This document shows, piece by piece, positions 35,901-47,929 of a stretch of DNA of 61,013 bases. Source of the DNA: Hyphochytrium catenoides (Eukaryota; Protista; Hyphochytriomycota). Numbering within the stretch: position 1 is the stretch's first letter; every line of letters starts with the position of its first letter. A program made the translations under genes and the position numbers. The stretch lies in assembly GCA_900088475.1 (NCBI GenBank), contig FLMG01000982.1:1-61013 (forward strand), given 5' to 3'. The notes under the pieces are model-generated. The model did not search any database. It saw nothing but the letters and a program-made list of their open reading frames with translations, and was not told the DNA's origin.

Positions 35901-38553
35901 GACTACAGCCACAAGCTGTCCTTCTTCGACAGTGTGATAGAACTTTGGGACCGCAGTTGACCAGACGAAGACAGAGACGGACCGTGACTTATCGGCTGCA
36001 TGAGCGGAAGAAGGAGGGGGATCAGAAGTACATCTTCAACTATAATATATTGATAACGGACATTTGAAGCAAGTTGAGATCACATTATAAGAACCCAGTG
36101 AGACTTGAGCCACGCGGAACGCGAGGTATACAACTGAGAAGGACGAAGAGTCCGGAATCGGCTTTAGTTCCGACGTACCGATCTCAAAGGTAAAATTTAC
36201 TGGGAAAACACCTTTGGTGTTGGGTTTCCCATAATGGTTGAGTCTACTCTTCCACTTTACTCGGCCCATTATGGGAAGATGCTTCTGTTTATTTCCAAGA
36301 GCTTGCTGGATTGTGTAAATCTCCCCATCAGGACAAAGGGAGCGCACTGCTTTTTCCACCTCTGTGGCCGGAAGCAAGTTGACCGCCTCCCAGACAAGAG
36401 TGCTAGACCTGACGACACGGAAGAAGACCCAGGAAGAGAGCAACATGGAGGTGTATGAGCAACGCTAAAACTATCAACAGATTGGGCAATAGTGGTGTAC
36501 AAGAGAATTTGTGGCTTCCAACAGGAAAAATAGGGAATAGGGAAGCAAGAGGTAGACTGTGACATGGAAGGTCAAGGGTATGGATCGTGCCCGATCCGTA
36601 GGGCAGCTCTAAGAGAGAGATGGCAATGACATGTACTACGAGCAAAGGAATCGTACTCTTTCTGCTCTTCGGTCCTGTCACTCTCGAAAGGAACCGCTTC
36701 CGGTTGCTTGACTAGTGCGTCTGAATTGTATAGAGGGAGATAGTATAGCCGCTTGCCAAGGAGAGGGCGATCTCTCTCCATCACTTCTCTAAGCTCCGGG
36801 ATGTAAGCTATTGTCGACTGTATTTTGTGCAGGGCGGGGGATGATAGTATTGGAAAGTGAGTATGAGTTAGCCGTTGTTGTTGAGAAAGACGTCACCAAA
36901 ACCCTGCACCTGTTCCGCAGCTGGGCTCTCTCTTAGGACTGTCAGCTCCAGGATGACTCTGAAAGTCTGGGGACATTCCGATAACTCGTCCATAAAGGAC
37001 CCGGCCTTGACGACCTACCAAGTGCGAAGACGGTGAAACGTCAGATATCCGCTTCCTAAGTGAAGCCCTTGCTAGCGACCTAGCAGCTTAAAACGGCTCT
37101 AGCGACTTTGATCGCACCTTTATGGTGGCACCGGGGCTTAGGGCGCCATTGTAGACTAGCGGATGAAGACCTGGAGCCAGTAGGCACTTGATCTAGAGCG
37201 AGACGGGTATCAGAGTGTGAAGCATAGCGGTAAAAGCTGAGGACCTAAAGGGAGGAAGCAGACAAGACCCAAGATTTATAACAGTGCCGAAAAGGTACAA
37301 CTTTCCAAGGGTATCAGGTTATGCAGAGGGGAAGGAGAGAGTGTGAAGAGCAGGAAGAAGCGCTCTCTTATTGCTGCATCGTATCGATTTCTTACCTTGC
37401 ACTGACCATCGGTGAGGACGATGTCAAAACCGTCCCAAGGGGAAGGGACTTGGTCGCTCGTAAGACCCAGGGTACTAATTACCTCTTGATAGCTCTCATC
37501 AGGAAGGACTAGTTGAGAAAGAGGGAGCGCAACAAAGTTTATGATCAGGATGCTAGGGTCCTCAGCACCGTGCTTTTCCATATCCCTTCGTCCAACCTCG
37601 CCTTACGTCAGGGCTCTCTTGCATATGACTGTCCCTTTCTGCTTCTTCTTCTTTTTGTACTCTTTCCCTCTCACCGCAGTGGTATGTCCCTCTCGGAAAG
37701 ATACTTTGCTCTCTTCTGCTTACATCTATGTACATTCACCACCCTAAGAACCATAGACAGCTTTGAGGCGATCCCCTTTTCTGTCAATAGCAGCTTAATG
37801 GCATCTTCCGTCAAATGAACTTGTGCTTCTCCCTCTTCCTTGGCTTCTTTTTGTAGCGCTTTCGCACCTGGAAAGCAGAAGATAAGCCTCGAGACCACCT
37901 GACTTGTAAACCAAGCTCGCTTACCGCGTTTTCTTGACGCTTTTGCATCTCTAGCAGCCGCTTGAGAGAGCGACAAAGGGAGAGGAACGGGCAGTAAAGA
38001 ACGAGCAGCTCTTCCCCTCTGTAGCGCTGCGGCTGCCACACTCTCGAGAGTCTCCTGTGAGCCAGGAACGGGTAGCGTAGGAGCTGGTACATTTCGAGCT
38101 TCTGAAAGCTCAGCCTCCTTTGTATTGCGCTGATGCACCGCTGCGTCCTTTCCTTCCTTCTCCGCCACGTAGTCTGCCGCAGGGGTTTTTCCTTCTTCAA
38201 TAAGACGCCGTCTCCGATCAAGCCTTTCAGTTCTTGATATTTTGCTGCTTGGGGACGGAGAGTGCCTCTTCTTGCCGATCCCTTTTGCTGCTCGTTTGAC
38301 ATTTCTAGTGGATAGGTTGCTCTCTTTGCCCAATTCGTTTTCGAAATCCACGACGTGGTGCCTGACTCTAGTGCTTCTCCGCAATGGAACCTCCTCATTC
38401 TTGTCCGCGGAATTGCGTTTTCCTTTTGCTTTGCCGATTCCTCCATCACGGACGGACCCTGCGCCTCTGATTGTTCCTGCCTTTCTCTTTCCTTCTTCCT
38501 TTGTCGTTCCCGTATCTGCAGAGGTCGCATTTAGCTTACGAAGGGGAATGCAC
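32968..38553 (-). CDS. RADX: RADX-like (RPA-related, CXorf57/DUF5521-type) multi-OB-fold ssDNA-binding protein; multi-exon, true start further upstream
   Basis: Collinear RADX-type blocks: FDIVLTDGQCKIKCLLAPGLHPLVY; RPLLGKRLYYLPLYNSD; RVKWKSRLNHYGKP...EIADKSRSVSVFVWS...FYHTV...GYVVKSY...IELSVNPSNP; VGVVTFVSRVER; FRWISMTDHTSD...AYSNSQPEAF. Confidence 0.75.
33493..33514 (+). repeat. Short interstitial telomere-like (TTAGGG)n tract in an intron
   Basis: TAGGGTTAGGGTTAGGGTTAGG. Confidence 0.75.
35693..35883 (-). other. U12-type AT-AC intron (191 nt) in the RADX-like gene
   Basis: Donor ATATCCTT (35883-35876). Perfect branch site TCCTTAAC (35714-35707). Acceptor TTCAC ending at 35693, with no AG between branch site and exon. 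Removal gives in-frame GYVVKSYLGNIELSVNP. Confidence 0.88.
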
Positions 38554-38597
38554 CTGCAGAGAAAGCAACAAACCTTTGGGTTGTGCTCTAGTTGTTA

Positions 38598-39390
38598 ACC
38601 TTGCTCTACCGCCAAGTCGCGCTACGACAGTCCCAGAGCGAAGTTTACTGGGCTTGCCACGTTGCAAAGGCCCTGAAAGAGACAACAAGGCAGCCATAGA
38701 CTCAGACCATCATCAGAGATATGGCTGACAGTAGAATACATCTGAATAAAAAGAAGGTCCGGGAAAGCGGGACAAGTTCATCCCTTCCTCCATCAGAAGA
38801 ATCGTTACATGTCCCATTGCAAGGAAGAAGCCCTGCAGTAACCCTCTCTCCGTACTTTGTCAAGTGGCGAAGTATATGGCCCACCCCTGTCTTGCTGGCG
38901 GAAGAGGTGCAGCATGGGGCTGCCTTCCATGGCGAGTCTGTTAGAAGCCGCCGTTGTAGCAGCATCCGACTTACCCGTTCTGCGTCCAGGATCTGGGACG
39001 CTGCTTCTAGTTTCTCTTCCTGTCCTTGTCGTCGTGACCTCTGTGTGCCGCGTCTCTATGCGAATCTTCTTCTCGGGAGTCTCCAGAATAGCGCTAGTTC
39101 GCACCCTCTTCAGTGACCCGAGCACGATGCTGATATTAGAGTCCGACAGAAGTTTCCTATCGTTGGATTTTAGGTGCATGCGAAAGATATGCATATCAAA
39201 GGTACAACGGAGGACAGATATGGTCGGATACTAGGTGGAGGAGTGAGAGCAAGGAGAGGGTGAGGTAGGATGCCACAAGGCAACGACATTCAGCTTTAAG
39301 TAATAAAGGGCTAGGAGCAAGAGGCAAAAGCGGAGGAGGACGTCCTGGCGCTAGAGCCTGAGGTGCCAAGACTCCATCAAACGACAACTA
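38598..39390 (-). CDS. Probable upstream coding exons (low-complexity, charged), likely the 5' part of the RADX-like gene
   Basis: Same-strand open frames flanked by AG/GT, e.g. 39194-38855 ...ETPEKKIRIE...SPLDK|gtacgg. Phases could not be fully reconciled. Confidence 0.35.
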
Positions 39391-41558
39391 GTGGTAGCGT
39401 TTGCGTGAACATTCACGTTCAGAGAGTTGATAGCGACAACATGTCATTGTAAGAGACCAAGCGTACCTCCTTCGGGTTGAACGGCGCGGTGTCAAATCAA
39501 TTTTCAAAGTGGAGCTCATGGTCTCAGGGATATCCCTGGGAGGTGAACAGAGTGATTAGCTGGGCTGTCCTCCTTTCTTCCTCAAACTGGACGGGTTCTC
39601 TCTACCCACTGCCTTGCCTGGCGACTTCCTGGACCTTGTTTATGGTAGTTGGCTCTGCAAAAGAGAGTTAGGACCTCCCGCTTGGTAAAAGGTTGGAGGT
39701 AACTTACTCATGCTATTCATCTATCTTCCTATAGACAACCGTCACTCGTACATCACGAACTTTTCTCTTCTGATTAATCCCGTCAGATGACGGCAATGCG
39801 TAGCCCTTCTGCTGGTTCGCTTTGTTCACGAGCTACAGGGCTCCAAGTCTGAGCGGTATTGAGCGGAGACGAGGAAGCAAGCGACGGGCGTCCAAGAGAA
39901 AGCAAGCGACACGCCAGGCAGGAGAAGGTACCAGTATGGTAAGAGAGGAGAGCAGAGGAAAGAGCTCTTGAACATTCCAAGGCGACTTCCCTTTATCTTT
40001 TGAATTCCCTATGTTCCTGTCCTTGAGTTCTGAGAGACGAAAGATCTTGCCCAAAGCTTTGAAAAATGATCGCACACAGATCTTGGCTTGTCCCCACTCC
40101 AATACTCCCCCAGAAGCTAATAGATCACTCCTCATCCACCCACCTCAGATTGATATTGATAACCTTATCATAGTTATCAGCCGATACAAAGAACACACAC
40201 TCATAGATGTGGCAAAGTTGATGTGAGCTGATCGAGAGCCGAGCTGTTCTGTTCCCGCTGATCATCAGGGCACTGAGACATGATCAAGCTACATCCTTCC
40301 ACACGTCGACATGTCCGAGGCAGAACATGTCCGCATCGGATCTGCGGACAGACCATAGGAAGAGAGGAAGACATGTCGCACAGCACAGGCGCACCGGTTT
40401 CTTCCATCCGCTATAAACTCTAGCTGAGCTTCACTTCTACTGACCGCACCGCTAGACAAGGCGGGGTGTGAATTCCACTAGCGCGCAACCGAAGTAGCGT
40501 AAGCGGCTTACAGCTTTTCCGGAAGATATAATGAACCTCAATATATTTGGAAGAAGAGACAGACGAGGGGAAAGAGCAAATGCAAGGACAGAGGCCTCGA
40601 GGACATCGCCATCATCGGCAATAACCTTTACCATACGGCTCCGTACGTGTCCATAAAACGCTAGTAGTAGTATTTATGGGCCCCATCTAACACTTCCAAC
40701 AGCCACTGGAGACCGCCATGTGACGGCGGGAGATAAGAAAACTATTGCCGAAGTGATACAGGAGGTGAGGAAAGGCCTGCAGTATAAATGATGGTCCCTG
40801 TCAATGATAGCTTCCTGCCGCTTGATTCTTGTCGGTTCCTGCTACCCTATTCTTCCCCCTCACCCCATCTTTCGCATCTCCTTGCCTTCGATCTACTGGA
40901 GACTCCTTCTATGAGTTAAAGTCAGCCAAGCCCTTTCTCTACTTGCTAGTTGAAGTTCGCTTTCCGGCTTTCTGGGTGGGCCCTGGCTGACAGTTGTTCT
41001 CAGAACTTCCCATCAGAACTTGCTACTGGGAAGAGGGTCAAACTCGTGTTGTCGGTGAGAACCTCGTGACGTTACTTTCTGTCATTGTCAAGGCTCGGTC
41101 ACGTTTGTTTATCTAGTCGGACTCCAACCTCTGCTTAGCTGTCTGCAATGGCGCTTATGCCTCAACTCTTCTAGGGAAAGTCCTTCATTGTCATGATGCT
41201 CGCTCTTATACCTTAGTCTCTTCCGTTGACTTTCTGGTGACCCCACGTCCTTGTTCTACTATTATTCGTTTGTTGTTGCGACTTGCGCTCTCTTACAGCG
41301 ACTATGACGTGAGCGCCACACTTAATACATTGCTTTACATGCATTTCTGTCTGTCGTAGGGGAGAGTGCTGGAGGAAAGAGCAGCGGTGGGAGCAGTTCT
41401 TAAGGAGAACTCCGTGGTTCTATGCTCGATTGCTGAGCGTCAAGTTCCAGGGAGTAGGAGCGGTGGCGACCTGCCCAGATCGGATGAGGAAGATATAACA
41501 GACTATGTCATCTTTGCCCTTAGTGCATCAGGTCAGACAGTCTGTTGATGGTCCTTGG

Positions 41559-44380
41559 CTATAACTTCCCAGTACAGTCAGTCATGGGTCTCCACTTCAT
41601 GTCCCCTACTTCGTGTCCTCCTTGGCGTATCTGCGTCTCCTTCCCTTCGCACTCTTGAGCACCACCGTCTAAGACGTATTCTGCGCAGGCTTCATCCTCT
41701 TTTCCTTCTGGGCTGCGTTATGGAAGTATCCGCAATACTTTACCTGGGGAGCGGTCTTTTTCCTGGTTTCTCTCTCTTTCTTTTATGGGATGGCTTTGAA
41801 TTATACGCTCTTTGAGGAGCATAGTCCCACGAGAGAGAGAGTGAGAAGAAGGTTGTTTCCCCGGCTTCGAGGTGCCCGGCAGCGATAAACGTTCCCGGTA
41901 TATTTATATGGAGAAGACTTGGCTTTATCGGAGGGGCTATTCCAAGGGGAAGAGACCCTCGAAACCGCCCACGCATCAGCCTATAGGTTGCCAACTAGGT
42001 AGCTCTGCCAACTGGGTAACTCACTAGGGGCTCTTAGCCAAGCGGGCCTGGTGCCTTGCTCCTTTCACTCAGTACTGTGAGATGACGAGTGCCTGCAACT
42101 CCTCCAGACTGAGGTGGCTAGTTGAACGTTGAGGATGCTGTTTCCTTCCTCTGGACTTCGTAGCCTTTGTTCCATTGTCTACCTCTCTAATCGCACTGCT
42201 GGGCTTGGAAGAGAGGAGAGGCTCCTTCATATCTTCCAAGCCGACTCTCACCTCTTCGGCAGCCTCTACCTTGTTCCCTGACGCTCTTACTTTTGGTGGC
42301 CACTTGTGAAAGGGCGTGAGAGGATAAATAACAGCTGGAGAGCCTTGCTCAGAGAACACCTTAGTTGTGCCGNNNNNNCCCTACGCCAGACTCCTCTGCC
42401 TCCTCTTGGTTATCCTCTACCTGATGGGTTGCTCTTAATCCTGAGTCGACTCGCGCCTTAACATAGCTGAAGTCCTTAGGTCCACATTTGGCCTGGCGGA
42501 AAGAAATTGCGTAAGGGAAGCACGCATTTGAGTGCAACGCATCATCAGAATCCTTCTTTCTTGTCCAAGGTCGATCGATGCTACTCAATAACTTTGTGGT
42601 CAAAGGAAGAGATAATGGAACAGAACAGTCCGTACTTACCAAGTGTACCGGTGATGAAACCCGAGTCCCAATATCATCAAATACCCTCAAGGCAAAGTCT
42701 GCTTCTTGTGGCTCCAATGCATCCTCTGTTCACATGCGCTAGATTGTGAGTGTGCCTAACCGTACTGGAAAGTGCGGTCAGCTTCATTGACCAAACAGTC
42801 CTTACCCTTGGTCAATATGTCTTGGAGGCGAAGACCAGCGACTCTTTTCTTCTTAGGGTTCATCGTTCCTCCATAGTTTGACTTCTTGCCCTCTTCCGGA
42901 CTGCTGCCAACCTTCGTGAGGTAGTTATTGAAGGTTCTGTCACATAGTGTAATGGTAGACCATGAGGCGGTGGCTGTGCTCTAGACTCAGTCTTCCATTA
43001 TTGCGTTCTTCCACCTTTAAAGTGCGAACTACTCATTATAGGCATCCTTTCCCACTGTCTCGCGCTCAGCACCTTCCTTTTTCTGTTCAATGAGTAGGCT
43101 ACTTACTGACTTCGACCCTGGAAGGAAGTATCAGGCTTCCTAGGTTTAGACACCGGTGCATTGCAGCTAAGCTTTGTTCGCGAGTGAAGGGTTCCACCTC
43201 CGATCCTCAGAGAACGGAAGAGTTCTTTTCCAGTCAGCCTTTCTGGGCTGCTACTTGTGTCCGCTCCCTCTTCGGTCGGTGGCAGCGTTGAGTTTGGCTG
43301 CACATAGTGGCGGAGAGGAAGCCAGTTGGTAAAGAATATTGATTGTGCATCTACCGACTTCTTCCCCACTCACCTTCTTCGCGGCCTTCTTCTTGATTAT
43401 CATGGGGCTCTTGCTCTTCGATAGCAGTTTTCTTCGAGGCGAACGATGAGGAGAAAGCGGTACCGTTGCATCTTCTATTGAATCCTCGCTCTCCTCATTA
43501 TTCCGCGCTTCGGTAGTTGCTGTCACCTCCTGACGTTTGTTCGTCCCGTCAGTCATGCCATTGCGCCATAATAGGGAAACTACAGAGAAACAGAGTGCGG
43601 TACGTACCTTGTAAGACTGGCATGGAAGGTTGACCGAGAGCAAGCTGAGGGCTTTGCCTATTATAACTTGCGCATCAACAATGTACCTAACCAGCAGGCG
43701 CTCAGATTGAGCTAGTCTCTTCTTTCTCTCTTCAATACCCGCCTTCTCATCCTCTTCTGTCTCATCGACACGTCGTCCTTTATCTATCTTTGTGCTTCTG
43801 AACTCTTCGAGCTCTTCTTCCTCAATGTCTCGAGATAAGTTATCATGGATGCGAAGGACAAGTCCTTGCAGTTGCTTGGCTGAGAGTCCAAGGTGTGCGG
43901 AGCACTTATCTAGCTGAAAGAGGTACGACAGAGCACTTTTAGGGAGGAAGGATACGACAGAGAAGGGCCGCAATATACGTAGCGAGAGAAAAAGGAAGTG
44001 AGCAGGCAGGGAAATAAATGTCACCTGCTGTTCCCTGAGTGTGATTGCTGCCTCCCTCCGTTCAAGGTCCTTTTGAAGACTTTCAAGGATTCCGAGTCTC
44101 TACGAGATCCAAACAGACCAGACAGAAGCGACCACATAATCGCCATAGATTGACAAAAAGTGACAAAAAACAAAGAGAAAAGATGGAGTCAAAAGACTGT
44201 CTTCGGAGAAGGATGAGACCTCGCGTCTCTCTTCCTATTAATATGCATGCCCGTATATCCGGCTCCCTCTTTATTTCTAGCTTCTTTGGCTCTTACATCA
44301 AGAAGCATCGTCTCCACCTCATTGTGTGTCCGGTCCACTGCCACCGTCATCCGCTTCTTGACGCGTTTGTCCTCCTTCAT
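41559..44380 (-). CDS. Hypothetical multi-exon protein (charged, coiled-coil), no family recognised; contains a 6-N gap at 42373-42378
   Basis: A series of minus-strand open segments (44380-44200, 43915-43610, 43530-43105, 42360-42070, 41990-41745) bounded by GT/AG signals, with E/K-rich composition. Confidence 0.45.
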
Positions 44381-45017
44381 TCTATCTGTAGAAACTGCAC
44401 ACTGATCGCCGAAGTCTCTAAGTGGTATCGCTCCCGAATGCAGTAAACTTTTCCCCAGCCTTCAGATCAGATTCTTCAGTTCATTAATCGTCGTAGAGAG
44501 AAGAGGAATTGCAAGCACAGGAAAGATAAGTTATTGAGGGCCATTTTTCTCTATTTTTTGACGGGTATATACTGACACCTCTCGGTTAGCAGATGTAAGA
44601 GCTTGCTCTACTTGGAGATGAGTGAGGGGCCCCTTCTAGCTCTAGCTCTTCTCGGTCTCCATTGTTCTTCATCACCTTCTGCATCTCCTCTCTCTCTCGC
44701 TCTTCTCCGCTCTCTCTCTCTCTCTCTTGCTCCTACTTTCCTCCGTCCTTTGCAGGCTGATTTCCTCTTTTCAAAATATGTCCCCATCCAGAGAGCCAAA
44801 TCAGGGACCTCGAGAAGCAGAGAAAGAAAGTAAGAGCGAGAGAGAGAACTATCACCAGAACAACGACGAGTGCATACTGAGGACAGCAATCAGGAAAGTA
44901 AGAGCAAAGCATGGGGCTCAGGTGGTGAGAAGACGGAAGGACTAGATTGCCGACCGACCACCACTGCTGATGAGCCAGTGCTGGTGGAGCAGTTTACTGT
45001 TTTCCCCTCTTCTCGCC

Positions 45018-45133
45018 TTCACTCTCTCTCCCCTCTCTCTTGCTCTCTCTCTCTCTCTCTCTCTCTTGCTCTCTCTCTTTCTCTCTCTTTCTTGCTCTCT
45101 CTCTCCCTCTCTTGCTCTCTCTCTCTTGTGCTT

Positions 45134-45168
<35 letters not shown>

Positions 45169-45279
45169 TTCTCTCTTGCTCTCTCTGTCTCTCTCTCTCT
45201 CTCTTGCTCTCTCTCTCTCTCTCTTTCTCTCTTTCTCTCTCTCTCTCTCTGTCTCTCTCTCTCTCTCTCTTTCTTTCTC
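45018..45279. repeat. Long imperfect (CT)n microsatellite
   Basis: About 260 bp of CT dinucleotides with periodic CTTG/CTTT interruptions. It produces spurious LSLS/ERER ORFs. Confidence 0.97.
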
Positions 45280-45980
45280 AAGTGGAGCTGAGGGTGGTCA
45301 TGGCCATCAACTCTCAAAGGAAAGGCTTGGTAAAAGAAGGATGGGCCGTTACAAACCACCGTGATCCAGTTACTGACCTCAGAAGTTATCGATAACTAAT
45401 TCATTACCCACCTTCGATATTTGATGTTTGATCTTCGTGTGGGTTCTGATGCGACTGCTACTTGTACAGGTACGGCTGGTCCCATCATCCCATCACAGCT
45501 GCTGTCCCATCAACATGCCACAGCTTCCTCACAGGCACACTTCATTTCGATCAGTGTGTGCTTGCGACCTTCTAAGCCAGATCGCCACCTGAAGATTGGT
45601 CAAGCGTCAGCTCCAGTGACTAGTAGAGAGCAAGCGACCAGGTAGGCCAGCTTGCTGAGACTAGGGCGAAGGCTAGAGAGCATTGGTCCAGCATCTGAGA
45701 ATATCGAGAAGGCTCAAGGTCCAGCTTCTAAGCTGGGAACGCAGGCCATACGGCATTGGTCCAGGGTCCAGCTACTGAGACTGCAGGACACTGTGGCCAG
45801 CCAGAGGAAGGGGAGAAACAGCTAAAGAGTGGTGATTCCACCTACTGGAACTAGAAATGCGGGTTAGGTCAGGAGGATCGTGAGCTGGTGTAGTAAACTT
45901 TCGATAGAGCATCCTTCAGGCAGACACACGAATCGAGCTCCTCCAAGGCAGACTTCGGTTGGAGAGAAATTTCCAAAGCG

Positions 45981-47808
45981 ATGAAGGGGGAAAGCTGTGA
46001 AATTGCTGAGGTACCGGATTATTCCGCGATCTCTGAACAGCTTTCACACATCTATGAGCCTTCAGACGATACCTTCTTGTTCCTGGACGCTCTCCTGAAA
46101 GAGAAAGAGACTATCGTGTCCTCCGATCCTACGGTGTGCGTAGAACTAGGGTTCGTATGAGATATGCTGTGTGCTGCTGGCTACTCGGTCTCTCTTTCAC
46201 TCTGTGGGCTGACAGCTTATAAGCGGCAGGTCGTGCTTTGGGAGTCTAATTCGCGTTATTTCCCCACATGCTCTGTCTTTTGCTCTCCTCCTGCGTATCT
46301 CTCTGTGTCCTTTCATTCTCTTGTGCAAACCAATACTCTCTGTGTCTCTGTCTTCTGCTTAGCATACAGTCTCCTCTTGGCTCTCAGCTCCTCCCGAATA
46401 TCTTCTTAAGTAAGTTTGCCATGCCTCTCTTTAACACTTCCAACCTTTATGTGTAGAAGCGGCTCGGGGGTGGTCCTCACATATCTGGCAACGGAACTGG
46501 GCCTAACTTCCTCGTTTTTTCTTGCGCTTGACGTCAACATATTGGCTGCCCAAGCCACAATCAAAACTGCGAGATCAAACGGGGTAAGCCTAAAGGCGGC
46601 GGCTGGGTGCTCCAAGCCCTTCAGACGAGTTGTCCTCTTCTCCTCCATCCATTTGGAAGTATACCCTTTGGTATCCAATAAAGTCTTCCTTCCCCTTGCA
46701 GATTCCTCTTCGACACCTTCCATTCTCTCCAGGCCTCAAGTTCTCTCTACTAGGATTCTGCTTCACCTCTCAACTAGCGCGGACCCTCTTTCAAATAGTT
46801 CATGTCCGCGTCTACATTTTCTAACAGTGGACTCTGGATGAACCCCTCTCTTTTTAAAGGCTCATCTTTCTCTGTCTTTCTCACTACCCTTTTGTCTGCC
46901 TTTTCGCGTAGGCATCACACCTCGAAGCGGTGGTAACCGATCTCTTCTCCGCGCTGGGCACCCGCCTGCAGGTAGGAAGTCTGACCCTCCAACAGAGAGT
47001 ATATGACGATGCTCAGACTAAGCGTGTACAGCAAAAGGTGGATGTGCTGCTGTTCAACCCACCCTACGTACCAACTCCTAGCGAAGAAGTGGGCAGTAGG
47101 TGGGAAGCATCACATCTATCCTGTACCTCATGTGTTTGTCTCCACAATCGCTCTGCCATATGCCACAGTCCTGTAGAAGCCTTTAGGGCGTTCAAAACAT
47201 TGTTACTCTTGCGTTTTGTTGCCGTCAATCCCTTCATTTTACGTTTATAGGCCTGTGTGCTTGCTGACACTATCACCTTATAGAGATATTGCTGCCGCTT
47301 GGGCAGGGGGAAGAGACGGCAGGGAAGTCATAGACCGAGTCCTTCCCTTAATCGATGTAAGCTAATCTCCTATTTGTACGCCGTCGAACAACCCACAGAT
47401 GGAGCAGTGACTGAGATGCTCTGCCCTTCTCTTCTTTGTATAGAACTTGCTTAGTGCAGATGGTCTTTTCTATATGATCGTTGTCGAAGAGAACAAGCCC
47501 TTGGATATTGCTAGAATCATGAAAGCTCAAGGCTTTCGCACACAGGTATGGGACTTGAGACAAACGCGTGTCAGCGTCACGAACAGATCACGATGGATGG
47601 GGCGGAAGAGGTGGAGAACTTTTTAAATACAGTCATCAGCGGATGCCAATAGAGATCACTCCGTGGTCTGTAATATGGTATCTTATGTCTCTTTGATCTC
47701 CTCTCCTTGGGATAGAGAATCCTTCGCCGGCGTGCGCACAATGAAGATCTCTCGGTGCTGAAGATGTCTAGGCTCAAGGGCTCCCTAAAGGAGCCTAAGC
47801 CATCCTGA
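45981..47808 (+). CDS. N6AMT1: eRF1 glutamine methyltransferase catalytic subunit (N6AMT1/HEMK2/Mtq2); 7 exons
   Basis: IYEPSDDTFLFLDAL; VELG|SGSGVV; ALDVN; DVLLFNPPYVPTP; AAWAGGRDGREVIDR; GLFYMIVVEENKP; RRAHNEDLSVL. All introns are GT-AG and in phase. Confidence 0.93.
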
Positions 47809-47929
47809 CGCCAGCGGTTAAAAACACGATAGGACCTGCCTTCTTCCCCGGCAGCTTGGCGATCAACGATAGCCTGCACCAGATTGCTTCGATCTAACTT
47901 CGGGACGCCTCTTGTGAGGCTGGAGGTCT

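Noticed and set aside
40677-41549. Possible small plus-strand gene with exon-like pieces at ~40720-40764 and 41360-41548
   Set aside because: I could not assemble a consistent reading frame or recognise a domain.
44870-45395. ORFs of 83-164 aa reading LSLSLS or ERERER
   Set aside because: They are translations of the (CT)n microsatellite, not genes.
45645-45790. Spaced repeats superficially like a CRISPR array (also 58861-58962)
   Set aside because: Eukaryotic context, degenerate and irregular units, and no cas genes.
21505-47808. Possible translation-related cluster (uL13m, METTL18, N6AMT1)
   Set aside because: The genes are far apart and interspersed with unrelated genes; there is no evidence of co-regulation.
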